Positions 23,646 through 36,120 of a DNA stretch of 64,000 bases are shown here, piece by piece. Within the stretch, counting starts at the first letter, position 1; the number at the start of each line of letters is the position of its first letter. A program made the position numbers and the translations under genes. The stretch comes from Mobula hypostoma (Eukaryota). The DNA lies in assembly GCF_963921235.1 (NCBI RefSeq), contig NC_086101.1:16120001-16184000 (forward strand). Direction: 5' to 3'. The notes under the pieces were generated by a model. The model was not told the DNA's origin and made no database searches. It saw nothing but the letters and a program-made list of their open reading frames with translations.

Positions 23646-23984
23646 CTCTCACTGCGAGAATCGTCCCTGCCCCATACATTTCCCATTTTATTGCCTCCAA
23701 CTTGCAGAAGTACATCCCAGAATCACTCGGCCGCACGTCCTTCAGTTGCATAGAAACATCTATGCTGTTAGTGGAGGGATCACCCCCTTGAGGTTTGAAG
23801 AAGCGGCCTCTGTACTCTGCTGTTTCATTGGTCACTTCTATTCCATTTTGGGCACCTTTGAACCAGCGATATGACCATATCTTATTCGTGACATTGTGTC
23901 TGCATGGAATAACCACCGTCTCCCCTTCTGTGGCAACAATGCTGGACTTGTCCTGAATGACCACAAACTTCTCAGCACCAATGC
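23646..23984 (-). CDS. NCR3: NCR3/NKp30-like germline VJ-type Ig domain exon, copy A
   Basis: 339 nt, phase 1-1 (ttcag|GC ... AGAG|GTAAG). IPC..W(FK)..GIEVTNETAEYRGRF..LKDVRPSDSGMYFC..YGAGT resembles human NKp30 (GKEVRNGTPEFRGRL, GNGT) as recalled from memory; orthology not tested. Confidence 0.8.
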
Positions 23985-25449
23985 CTGAAAGCAGGGAGCA
24001 AACTTTAAAATTGGTAAATTGGTTTACTGTGGTCACATTTTGTTCTTCATACAGATCATTTTATCACATCGATTCAATGAGTTAGTGTAAAGGAGGAACA
24101 ATAGCAGAATAGGGAATGAAGTGTTACAGTTACCGAGAAAGTGCGGATCGGAGCCTGGAAAAGAGGAACCTAGGAGTACGGGTGCACAGCTCATTGAAAG
24201 CGGCAGACAGGTAGTGAAGACAATGTTCAGTACGCTGAGCTTCAGTCAGAGCTTTGCGGACAGGAGTCCAGAAGTTATGTTTCTGTTGTACACGTCGTTG
24301 GTGAGGCTGCACTTGGAATATTTTGTACATAGTTGGCCATCCTGTTATAGATGTTATTAATTAGAAAGCGCGCAGATGTGATTTACCTGGATGTCGTCTG
24401 TTTCTGGGGGCCTGAGTTACAAGGAGAGTTTGCATAGACTAGTACTTTATTCTCTGGAATGTAGGAGATTGGGGGGTCACCTGATAGGGGGATGTAACAC
24501 AATAAGGGGCATAGATATTCTGAAAACAGCATTTTTCACCGGGGTGGGGGGATGTTGTTACCAACAAGAGAACATAGATTAGACGGGAGAGTTTTGAAAG
24601 GGATATTAAACCATTTCTTTACATAAATGGTTTTACGTGGTTGAAATGAGCTGACAGAAATGGCGGTGGCGGCGAGTAAATTACAAACATTTTAAAGTCT
24701 TCTAGATAAGTGCATGAGTCGGAGGGATTTAGGGAGCTGTGGGCCAAACGCGGGCAGATGGGACAAGTTCGCTGGTTAACACGATCGACAAGGACGAGTT
24801 GGGCCGAAGGGCCTGTTTCGATGCTAGGAGTCCACAATCACCGAGGCTAAAATTCTACAGAATATTCCAAGTGCGGCCTCACGGTCACTGGTACATCTGT
24901 AAGAAAACCTCCCAACTCCCGAGCTCAAGGGATTCTGCACATGCGGGAAATCCAGAGTAACAGGACGAACTCGGGAAGTCAGGCAGCAGTTGTGGAGGGG
25001 AATAACCAGTTGACGTTTCGGGCTGAGACCCTTCATCATGATTGGAAAGGAAGGAGGGAGAAACGAGAAGTCTGCGTCCTCAGGGTTCGACCTGGAATTC
25101 AGCACCCCCCCCCATCCCCCTTCGGCTAGTCAGGGGGTCGATGCCGGAAGCCTGGAGACTAGAAGCCCGAACGTTGTTCTCGGAATTGGTGGACTGTCCG
25201 TGTGTGCGCGTGGGAGGGAGGAAAGGGGCTTGTTTTGTTGCGTTTTGTTGTGCTTTATGTTGTTCTGCCGACATTGTGGACATTAATGTTGGCGCCGGAA
25301 TGTGTGGCGACCCTCGGGCTGCCCACAGTGCCTCCGTAGGTGTGTTGGTTGTTAACGCAAATGAAGCAGACGAACCTTCCCGCTTTTCCCGCGCTGCCCA
25401 TTGCCTTCTCCCCGAAGCTGTAGCCGTAAAGGAACAGAAAGCTACTTAC

Positions 25450-25492
25450 CGGAGGAGACGGTCAGTAGCCACAGAATGGCGCCCACCTCCAT
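25450..25492 (-). CDS. NCR3: Leader exon of NCR3-like copy A (MEVGAILWLLTVSS-G)
   Basis: ATG at 25492, hydrophobic 14-mer, G|GTAAGT phase-1 donor in frame with the V exon; upstream acceptor ttttccaacag gives exon 25450-25569. Confidence 0.8.
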
Positions 25493-25849
25493 CGTTACTC
25501 CTCTAAAGCAGAGGAGATATTTAGTGTTCGCTACTTCTCCCTTCTCACAGCCGAGCGTCCTCGTGCAACCTGTTGGAAAATTGGGAGGGATTAAGTACTG
25601 TCCACTGGATTTTTCCATTTGATTTCCGAATCACTGGAACAAGCTGGATAAACCATAAGGAGAGTTACAAAGAGATTAGAAGCGGGGGAAGCGTGACAGT
25701 AAGCGGTTCACTGTCGTTAGGGTCGTTGAGCGATGAGCCACGTCCTCTCCTTGGTAAGATGCCCTTTTGGACTGACAGATTCCAAACACAGTTTCACGTT
25801 GAAATCCCTCAGCGCGCAGCGCGCGAAGAAGGCAATTCAGCCCACGCCG

Positions 25850-26120
25850 ATCGCCGGCTCTACTCCAGTGCTGACTGGGCTACACATTCTCCCCAACTTC
25901 CCTTCCACTCCTCCCGTAATTCGCTCCCACACTTGAGACAATTCCCAGATGCAATCCACAAGTCGTAGGGACGCGGAATGAATCGTAGCTCCCGGTGGTG
26001 TCGGGGGAGCCCACACGGCTGGTGCACCCGCAGGGAAACAGGTGGAATATGCAAACTCCACCCATAAAAACTGCACCAAAGTTAGGGGTCGAACCCGCGG
26101 ACGCAGGAGCTGCGAGAAAA
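25850..26120 (-). mobile_element. Degenerate tRNA-derived SINE
   Basis: GGGTTCGACCC B-box-like motif followed by GGAGTTTGCATATT..; similar to 42075-42240(+). Confidence 0.55.
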
Positions 26121-27562
26121 ACAGCGCTAACATTTGCCGCAATGGTTCTACGTATCAAACCGAAATGGTTAATGTAAGCTTACGAAACTGTCGTATCTCA
26201 GTTAATGTAAATTATTTCGCATTTGACTTCAATCCCCACAACAACGTGTCACTTTAACGGAAGAGGTTAAATAATTGGTAACATATCAATTGGTAGTAGT
26301 TGGTGAAACGGGCTGTCCAGGGAGGGGTAGCACCTCTTCTGAAGCGGCTTGTCCTGTCCATCCTGGGGCAGCTCACTTACCTTTGGGTTCCACCAGACGC
26401 TCAGCTCCAAGTACCTGTCTGCATGCGAAAGCGGCCACACTCGGGTACACCGCTTCAGGCGGGCTAAACCAGGTGAAGGCAGCCGGTGGACCTCATACTC
26501 GGGTGAGATAGGGAAATCCCCGTCCTACCATACGAAGGAAACTAATGGAAATCTATGGAATGGGAAACAGAATTAATGTTGATCTCCTCCGCCGGACTGG
26601 ACAGATGTGATCAACAGTGAGATTCAACAGCCAGATCCAACAGCCAGGAAGGCGGTTCTGCAACACTCCGTGGACAGCGCACGGCCTGACAAGGCACAGA
26701 AGATGTCATGGTCACCCACTACAACCAAGGAAGACCCCAGTTTGTGACGACTACTCGTACCACTGCACCCGGACATCCGAGGGCAAGAGTGTGGAACTGT
26801 CCCAGTTAACTTCCCCACGTTAAAACCCCCGCTCAGGTCTCCTGCGATTGTTGGTACGCCAGGCAACCGGCAACAAACGAATCACGTCGTTCACACCTCT
26901 TGACCGAATAGATAAAATAGTTAAGATAGTATTTTGTAGATTTTGGAAATCTGAAATAAAAACAGAAAATGCTTTTGAAAAACTCAGCAGGTCAAGCACC
27001 ATCTGCGGAGAGAGAAACAATTAATATTTCTACCGTGAGTCAGAGCGAAATATTAACGTTTTGTTTCGCCTGAAGGATCTCAGAACTGTAAACATTAACT
27101 CTGTTTCCCAGTCCATGGACTCCCATTATTTCCTGTTTTATTGGGAATTAAGGAAGCTTCCACAGTTCGTTGCAGTCCACAATTCGGCAGCGAATGGAAA
27201 TTACAGGAGTTGTATATAGTCGAAGACAGATTTTCCCCGGATCCCTCCCGGAAGAGCTAATAATTAATAAAGGTGTAATTCTAATTCTACCGTTGTTCTT
27301 TAACAGGTAAACTATCCGAAAGCTCACATGCGTCCGAGATGACAACTCCCTGCTGATAAATCCGGCTTGCTTGCAGATGTCAACTAACTTTGCAGTAGAT
27401 CTTTACCCCGCTCCCACCCTTGCCTGTCTCACAGCGTCCGGTTTCCGGCCGCGTGGAAAACTAGTCCCTCAGCGTTCGGCAGCTGCGGTAGCGGTGTGAA
27501 GAGCTGATGCAGGCAAACCGCCCGTTTCACGTTCAGCCCAGAGAGAAGCAGCTCTAACTCAC

Positions 27563-27950
27563 CGCACCACCGAGCTCAGAAGTCAGCAAGTGAACTGGTT
27601 CTTTTTATTATCGCAGAGGATGATGAGGCAGTTTGCAGTTCGAAATTACAGTGTGGATGGTGGTCAGCACAGGAAGGATTTGGTAAAATAGCTGTATACA
27701 CACACGTGCGCGCAGTCACACAGACAGACAGACAGACACACGTACACACAAACTCATACACACCGAGAAGGTGCTCCCCGATCCAAAGCTTCCATCGTTC
27801 CCATGCTCTGACTGATCTACATGAGCCCACTCTCTCCACCCCGCATGCGCTGTGTATAGAGTGAGGTAAAGCTTTGTGCATTGAGGAGCTTTGGTGCCTG
27901 TGTACCGCTGTGTGCGCTGCGAGCAGCTCCGTCGTTAACTTAAATATACA
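27563..27950 (-). promoter_or_regulatory. Putative TATA promoter and first non-coding exon upstream of NCR3-like copy A
   Basis: TATATTTAA at 27948-27940, non-repetitive CpG-containing sequence, strong donor GCG|GTGAGT at 27562. Confidence 0.3.
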
Positions 27951-28019
27951 ACGGTAAAGGTCCTGCCCCGGAGTTTTTGGGATAGTTGCAAAAACAGTTA
28001 TAGGAGGTATCGGCGCCCT

Positions 28020-31000
28020 TAAAGCACATTAAGGTGGGGAAATACCCTAAGCCTGATCAAGTGCATTCTTGGATCTCATGTGAAGCTACGGAAGAAATTG
28101 CAGAGGCACTTGCAAAGGTTCTTGGAACCTCTTTACCTACGGGAGAGGTTCCAAAGGACTGGAGGATGGCTAATGTTCATTCATAGGGGCAGCAAAGACA
28201 AAAGATTAAAGATTAGTTTTACCTATCACATGGACATCGAAACGTACAGCGAAATGCGTCGCTTGCGTCAATTCATATCAGCGAGGATTGTCGCCACGCT
28301 TCCGGGGCTAGCTTAGCATGCCAATAACTCAGTAAGCCGAGCAATAACTGCACGCCTTTGGAATGCCGGAGGAAATCGACGTGCCCGTAGGAAACCCACA
28401 TGGTTTCCCTACTGACAGCGGTTTGAATCGAACTCCGATCTAACAGCCAATCATTACGTTATTCTGCCAGGTGAGCCTGGCATCAGTGGTGATAAAATAC
28501 TGGAATTAAATCTGAGGGACGGGATCTACCAGCACTTAGATAGACAGGACCGATTAGCTTTGTGTGTGGGAAATAACATCTCACAACTCTATCCGAAATT
28601 TTAGAAGAGGTAAACACGACGACTGATGAGGGCAAAGTGGTGGATGTGGTCTATATGAACTTTAGCAAGACCTTTGACGAGGTCCCTTGTGGAAGGCTTG
28701 GGATCCGGGGTGAGAGAGCTAAGTGGATTCATCATTGATAGAAAGCAGAAGCTAATGGTGGAAGGTTGCTTTCCGGTCCGGAGGTCTGTGACTAGTGATG
28801 TCCCGCAGGGACTGGTGCGCCTATTGTTGTTCATCATTTATATCAACAATCCAGTTGAGAATGGTTAGTTTGCAGTTGACACCAAAATAGCTGGTACCGT
28901 AGGCAGTGTAGAAGGTTATGAACAACTACAGGGGTTCTTGGTCGGCTGACTAAGTAGGAAAATTATATTGGCGAATAACATAGAAACATAAAAATAGGTG
29001 CAGGAGTAGGCCAATCGGCCCTTCGAGCCTGCACCGCCATTTATTATGATCATGGCTGATCATCCAAGTCAGAACCCTGCACCAGCCTTCCCTCCATACC
29101 CCCTGCGTTGAATTAAATTTTGCGTGCTGTTTTGCATTTTAACCAAGGTCGAACTTTCATAGTTAGTGGCTGGTCACTGGCGAGTGCTGTAGAACAGAGG
29201 GACAGAGGAATACAAATACAAAGTTCCCTGTAAGTAACGTCACCGGGAGACAAGGAGGTGAAGAAGGTATTTGGCACAGAGAATCAGAGTTGGAATGTCA
29301 TCTTGCAGTTGTACAAGACATTGATGAGGCCGCTCCTCTTTTGGTCACCCTGCTCGAGGATAAGCCATCAGGGGGCGGGAAGGAGGTACATCTGCCAGTC
29401 GCCCTGGGCATGGTGTAGCACCCTCCACCTCCCCCCCCGCCCCCAATTCCCACCGTCCCCTGAATCAGGGTCCAGTGAAGCCATGGGAGTAGGTGGTGAA
29501 TGGTCATATGGGCTGCTGGTACATATCACAAGTCCTGGCAATGCGCTCACTGACGCCAGGCAATCAATCAATCTCTGAAGATACTGGGATCACCCATTTT
29601 ATGGTCATAGAATAAATAGCTTTGTTGCCAAGGTTACAGATGATACGAAGATTGGTGGAGGGGCTAGCAGTGTTGAGGAAACTGGTAGGCTGCAGAAGGA
29701 CTTAGACAGATTATGAGAATTGGCAAGAAAGTGGCAAATGAAATACAAAGTTGGAAAATGCATGGTCATGCACCTGTAGTAGAAATAAAAGTGCAGACTA
29801 TTTTCTAATTGGGGAGAAAATCCAAAACTCCAAGACACAAATGAAGGTGGGAGTCCTTGTGCAGAACACCCTAAAGGTTAACTTGCAGGTTCAATCGGTG
29901 TTGAGGAAAGCAGATGCAATCGTAGCATTCGTTTCAGGAAGTCCAGAATACAAGAGCAAGGATGTGATGCTGAAGCTTTATAAGGCACTGGTGAGGTTTC
30001 ACCTCGAGTATTGTGAACAGTTTGGGGCTCCTCATCTAAGAAAAGATGCCCTGGCTTTGCAGAGGGTCCAGAGGAGGTTCACAAGGATGATTTCAGGAAT
30101 GAAAGGGTTACCATACGAGGAACATTTGATGGATCTGGCTCTGTACCCGCTGGAATTTAGAAGGATGAGGGGGAATTTCATTGAAAACTTTCGAATGTTG
30201 AAAGATCTAGGCAGACTAGATGTTGAAAAGATGTTTCCCATGGTGGGGGAGGCTAGGACAAGAGGGAACAGCCTGAGGGTAGAGGTTCGTCCATTTAAAA
30301 CAGAGATGCAGAGAAATATCTTTAGTCAGAGGGAGGAATGTGTTTCCACAGGTAGCTGTCGAGGCCAGGTCTTTGTATATGGTTAAAGCAGAGCTTAATA
30401 GGTTCTTGATTCGACATGGAATCAAAGGTTACTGGGAGAAAGCCGGAGAGTGGGGCTGAGGAAGGGAACAAAGCATCAGCCATGATTAATGGCGGAGCCT
30501 AATTATGCTCCTCTGTCTCATGGTCTTATACATACTCGGCATCAAATAAGTCAATGGCAAACCACTTCTGTCGAAATATTTACCAAGAAGAATCATGGTC
30601 ATGGAAAGACCACGAGCGCCCACGTTATACGAAACGGCACATGATGATGATAACGCCCTAGGAAAGACGTCGTTAAGCAGAAAAAGAAATGAAAAGAATA
30701 TTTGCCAGGACTTCGGAGGGTGTGTTATAGGGAGAGGTTGGACAGGATAGAACTTTATTCCTTGGAAGTTAGGAGACTGAAGGGTGATGTTAAAGAGGTG
30801 AATAGGATCGCGAGTGCATAGATAGGATGAACGCCAACAGTCTTTTTTTCCCCACGGAAAGGGAACCAAAATCTAGAGGCCATAGATTTAAAGTGAGAGG
30901 GCAATAGGGAGAATATGGAATGAGCTGTCAAAGGAAATGATTGAGGCGAGTACAATCGCAAAAATTAAAAGACCCTTGGATAGGTGCCGGGATAGGAAAG

Positions 31001-31090
31001 GGTGAGAGGCAGATGGCCCAAACATGGGCAAACATGATTAGTTTAGATGAACATTTTCGTCGGTATGGACCAGCTGGGCTGAAGGGCCTG
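28020..31090 (+). mobile_element. Cluster of CR1 ORF2/3' fragments with other LINE 3' pieces
   Basis: VPQGLV, KLYKALVRFHLEYCEQF, RVQRRFTRMI peptides; a minus-strand CR1 3' end at about 28980-29105. Confidence 0.8.
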
Positions 31091-31420
31091 ATTATTTGTT
31101 GTATGACTCGGTAACACTGTAGTTCACTACGGCCTGCAGCTTGTAGTCCGGGTAGCTTGAAACGGGTCCCAGTAGCCCTGGATAGTACCGAACCTGAGAC
31201 TTCCAGGCGACAGAAGTTCAGAAAGGAGCAAACAAAAGTGCCTCGCTAATTTCCCACCCCTACAGAGCAATCCCGGTGTCCCCTGCTGCACAGATCCACA
31301 GAGAGTATCCTTCCTGGACCTGGTAACATTCTCTCCCTCATATATACACAAGCATATCTCTCTGCTACAGGTACACACATACATGCAGATTATCCACAGA
31401 ACCATCTCCTCCTTAAAGAT

Positions 31421-31465
31421 TCTCTCTCTCTCTCTCTCTCTCGCTCTCTCTCTCTCACACACACG
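31421..31465. repeat. (CT)n(CA)n microsatellite
   Basis: Direct reading of the sequence. Confidence 0.95.
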
Positions 31466-31782
31466 TTCATAAACAGAACTCGCATTCATAGACACACGCA
31501 CACGCACACTCATTCACTCTTTAATCTCCCTGTTTAAGATCTCAGTCTGTCTCAGTCTTTCACAAACTCTCTCTCTCTTGTAGAAAGATAATTACATGAA
31601 TATTGCAGAATGTTCACCCAGACAGACTTCGCACGTGTGATACGTGGTACTATTAATATAGATACATACACGTTGCCAAAAATACGGGCCGCTTTGTTAT
31701 AGTGTCTGCTGAGCCACTCGCGTGATATAAAGCTTTGCAGATGGAGCCACATGGAACCGAGTCACAGAAGTAGTTACGGGCT

Positions 31783-31784
31783 CG

Positions 31785-31830
<46 letters not shown>
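31783..31830. repeat. (CG)5(CA)19 alternating purine-pyrimidine tract
   Basis: Direct reading of the sequence. Confidence 0.95.
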
Positions 31831-31831
<1 letters not shown>

Positions 31832-33449
31832 TCAAGCGCACAGAGACATGTGCACATCGCCACATGGTATCCAGACGTACTCACGCAGGTAAACCAACGC
31901 ATCCCCCCCCCCACCACACAAAATACACCTGCATACCCAAAATACACACATAGATACACGCACAAATATACCCCAGATTTATAATCACAAGGAGAGATTT
32001 TACCAAAGCTTACACCATTCTTAGCGGGAGCTTCATAGACCAGACGCCCGGAGGAGGTGTTCTCTGACTGGAGAATTTCGAACAAGGCCACGGCTGTTTA
32101 GGACTGAAGTGAGCAGAAACGTCTTCACTCGGGCAGCGGGGAATGGAGCTTTGGCTCCTCAGACATTGACTTCATTTAAAACAGAGACTGGCTGGATTTC
32201 TGGATATTCAATGAATCAAGAGATATGGGAGCAGTGCAGGAAAATGGCTTTGAGGGAGAGGATCAGTCATGATCTAGACGAATGGGAAACAAGTCTGAAA
32301 GGCCAGATGGCCGAGCCCAGCTCCCAGTTCTTATCACAGAGAGGTACAGGGATACTACATAGTGCCTAATTAAACTAACTCCTTCTGCCTCCAAAATGCC
32401 CATATCTCTCTGTTCCCTGTACATCCAGATACCAATCTAGGAGCACTTTAAACATCTTTATCGAGATTGCCTCCACCGCCACCCAAGTCAGCACATTCCA
32501 TGCACCCACCAATCTCTGTGTAAAACAATTGCCACGCACATATCCTTTAAAATTACTTCCCTCATCTTAAATGCATGCTTTATAATATTAGATATTTTGT
32601 TCCAGGGAGATGGGCTCTGTTTTAGGTCGCTCGTAATCTTATAAACCTCTACCAGGCCTTCTCTCAACTCTGCTGCTCTAGACAAAGATACCCGTGTTTG
32701 TCCAACGTGGCGCGTGCCCTAATCTCCAAGCGGTGACCGGGAAACGTCTTCTGCAGTTTCTCTAAAGCATCCACGTCTTTCCTATAATAGGGCGACCAAA
32801 TACAAACTCCAGAAGCGGCCTAACTAAAGTTTTATAAAACGCAAAATAACTTCCGGACTCTTGAGCTTAATCCCTCAACTAATAAAGGCCAACAAGTAAT
32901 ATGCCTTCTTTACCACAATATAACCCGTGCAATGACTTTTAGGGAGCAATGGACCTGGACTTCAGGATCTTTCTTTTCATCAAAACTGTGAAAGGTCTTG
33001 CTATAACAGTGTACGGTCCCTTTACATTTGATCTCCCAAGGTGCAACGCCTCACTTTTGGCCGGATTTGTCATTTCTGCGTCTTTACTTGCAACTGGTCG
33101 ATATTCCGCTGTATCCTTAGGCCGTCGTCTACACTATCCACAACAATACCAACCTTTGTATAGTCTGCAAACTTACTAACACAACCATCTGCGTTTTCAC
33201 CCTGGTTATTTTCATATTACAAACAGCAGAATCCACGGAGCGCTGGGGAGAACGTGCAACCTAGTCGCGAATTTGAAGCCTGAGTAAGTTACATCTCCAT
33301 CCACCATCTGTCTTCTATGGGCAAGCCGACTTTAAATCCAAATGGCCAAATCACCGTGGTTCACATGCATTTTAACTTTGTGGATGAACCTAGTGAGAGG
33401 AATTTTTTCAAACACCTTTCTAACACCCATGTAGACAACACCCTCAACG

Positions 33450-33870
33450 CTGCCTTCATAGAAACATGAATCTGTTTTCCCTCACGCGTCTTGGATCTGA
33501 AAAACCAGTAAGGGGAAAGATAAAGGGCTGCCTATCACCTCCCTCATGGTTCCGCCTCCTACTACCCATTGTGTTTTCCACTATTCCTTCTTCATCTTTC
33601 CTGCCTATCCCCTCCCTGCTTCCCCTCCCCCACCCCTTTATCTTTCCCCTTACTGGTTTTTCACCTGGAACCTACCAGCCTTCTCCTTCCCACCCACCCC
33701 CACCTTCTTTATAGGGCCTCTGCCCCTTTCCTCTACAGTCCTGACGAAGGGTTCTGGTCCGAAACGTTGACTGATCGTTTCCACGGATGTTGCCCGACCC
33801 GCTGAGTTCCTCCAACGTGTTGTGAGTGTTGCTTCGACCCCAGCATCTGCAGAGTATTTTGTGCAGGGCT
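33450..33870 (+). mobile_element. Penelope-like terminal repeat fragment
   Basis: Pyrimidine-rich 3' UTR followed by gtcctgacgaagg...gaaacgttgactg...gctgagttcctcca. Confidence 0.7.
33736..33773 (+). ncRNA. Minimal type I hammerhead ribozyme motif
   Basis: CAGUC-CUGACGA-AGGGUUCUGGUCC-GAAAC-GUU-GACUG: 5-bp stem I, intact core, GUU triplet. Confidence 0.6.
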
Positions 33871-33879
33871 AAGTGTCAG

Positions 33880-34400
33880 GAGGGAGATTAGTGGGGAGAG
33901 ACGAGTGGACAAGGGAGTTACGGAGGGAGCAACCCCTGTGGAACGCGAAGGTCGGTGGGGGGGGGCGGCGGAAGGTAAAGATGTGTTTGGCGGCAGGGTC
34001 CCGTCGAAAAGGCAAATGTTGCAGAGAATTATGTGTTGGATGCGGATGGGCACGGGCGATAAGTGAGGAGAAGAGAAACTATTCCTGTTAAGGCAACGTG
34101 AAGATGGGGTGAGCCTGGATATTCAGGAAATGGAGGAGAGGCGGGTGCGGGTGGAGGATGGGAAACCCCATTATTTGAAGAAGGGTGATATCTTTGATGT
34201 TATTGAAAGGAAAACCTTGTCCTGGAAGCAGATGCGGCGAAGATCAATGAACCGAGAAAATGGCGGTTTCACAGGATGTGTGTGTGGGGGTTGGGGGTGG
34301 AGGATAGTCAAGACAGTCGTGGGATCCTTTGGTTTATAAAAGATATCGGTAGACAAGTTGTCTCTGGAATTATCTACATCTAGTCACGGCCATGTTACAC
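33880..34400 (-). mobile_element. Penelope-like RT C-terminal fragment
   Basis: STDIFYKP...PFSRFIDLRRICFQDKVF..SKISPFFK. Confidence 0.7.
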
Positions 34401-34689
34401 CATCGCTTATTTTGAACACAGGGCCTTCATTTAGTTCCTAATGCCCTCTTCCTCTCTTTTATCTGGAGCTTCGATCTGTGCCGTTCCGTGCTACTAAAAC
34501 TTTCCCGAACGGCATTTTTTGCAAAACTCTGAAACTGCAAATGGAATTATTTTATTACTGTCACATGTACTGAGATGCAGGGCAAAGCCTGTCTTGCACA
34601 CGGTTCCTACAGATCAAGGCATTACCCAATGCATCGAGGCTGAACAAGGCAAATAATAGCAAAACGAAAATATTATTACAAATTGGTAA

Positions 34690-36120
34690 CACGAACAGAA
34701 TGCTGGAGGAATTCAGCAGGTCATGTAACACCCACAGGAAGGAATGAAGGATCAAATCACAAACAAGAGAAAATCTACAGATGCTGGAAATCCAAGAAGC
34801 ACACACAAAATGCTGAAGGAGCTCAGTAGGCCAGGGAGCATCTATGGAAAATAAAATACAGTCGACGTTTCGGACCGCATCTGCTCTCAGGATGAGGCTT
34901 TTCATTCTCGAACGAAGGAGATGTCCTCTTTTTTTCAAAGGAAGGGCTTCCCTTCCTACACCATCAACGCTGCCCTCAATCGCATCTCTTCCATTTCATA
35001 CACGTTGCTCTTACCCCATCATCCCAGCACCCTACCAGGGATAGGATCCCTCTTGTCCTCACCTACCACTCCAACAACCTCCGTGCCCAGCACATAATTG
35101 TCCAAAACTTCAGCCACCTCCAACGGCATCCCACCACCAAACACATCTCCATCACCGCCCCCCCCCACCCACACACACACTTTCTGCTCACTCCCTATGC
35201 GATTTCCTTGTCCACTCGTCCCTCCCCACTGATCTCCCTCCTGGCACTTATCTTTGCAAGCAGAGCAAGTGCTACACCTGCCCCTATACCTCCTCCCTGA
35301 CTACCATTCAGGTCCCCAAACAGTCGTTCCAGGTGAAGTGATACTTCACCTGAGTCTGTTACGGTTATTATCACAGCGTTCGGTGCTCCCGGTGTGGCCT
35401 CCTGTATATCGGTGAGACCTGACGTAGATTGGGAGTCGGCTTCACTAAGCATCTACGCTCCGTCTGCCAGAACAAGCGGGATCTCCCAGTGGCCACCCAT
35501 TTTAATTCCACTTCCCATTCCCATTCCGATATGTCCATCTATGGCCTCCTCCACTGTCATGATGAGGCCACACTTGGAGGAACAACACCTTATATTCTGT
35601 TTGAGTAGCCTCCAACCTGATGGCATGAACATCGATTTCTCTAAGTTCTGGTAATGCCACTCAACCCCCACTCCCTTCTCCATTTCCTATCCCCTTTACC
35701 CTCTCACCTTATCTCCTTGCCCGCCCATCGCCTCCCTCTGGCGCTCCTCCCCCGATTTTTCTTTTTTCCATGGCCTTCTGTATGTTTCACCAATCAACTT
35801 CCCAGCTCTTTACTTCATCTCTCCCCCTCCAGGTTTCACCCATCACCCAGTGTTCCTCTCGCCCCTCTCCCCACTTTTTAAATCTACTCCTCTGCTTTTT
35901 TTTTCTCTCAGGTCCTGCCGAAGGGTTTCGGCCCAATACGTTGACTGTGCTTTTTTTCCACAGCCTGGCCTGCTGAGTTCCTCCAGCAATTTGTGTGTTG
36001 CAGCAATGAAAGGTCTGCTTTTTGGGCGGAGACCTTTCATTGGGACTCCTGGCGGCCCAAAACGTCGACTCTTAATTCCTTTCCATAGAAGCATCCTGAC
36101 CTGCTGAGTTCCTGCAGCGT
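34690..36120 (+). mobile_element. 5'-truncated Penelope-like element with GIY-YIG endonuclease and terminal repeats
   Basis: CSRCGLLYIGET..HLRSV..PVATHFNS..LEEQHLIFCLSSLQPDGMNIDFSKFW*; inverted terminal-repeat copy at about 34780-34880; two tandem degenerate copies at 35910-36120. Confidence 0.85.

Noticed and set aside
25324-25330. CACAGTG heptamer near the leader exon, suggesting an RSS and a rearranging locus
   Set aside because: No nonamer at 12 or 23 bp, it lies in LINE-derived sequence, and the V exons are already VJ-joined.
26381-26524. 144-nt open exon-like segment DGDFPISPEYEV...LELSVWWNPK with a perfect donor
   Set aside because: No recognisable protein; splicing to the next acceptor hits a stop before the leader ATG; 26290-26840 looks like an interspersed repeat (not verified). 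At most a UTR exon.
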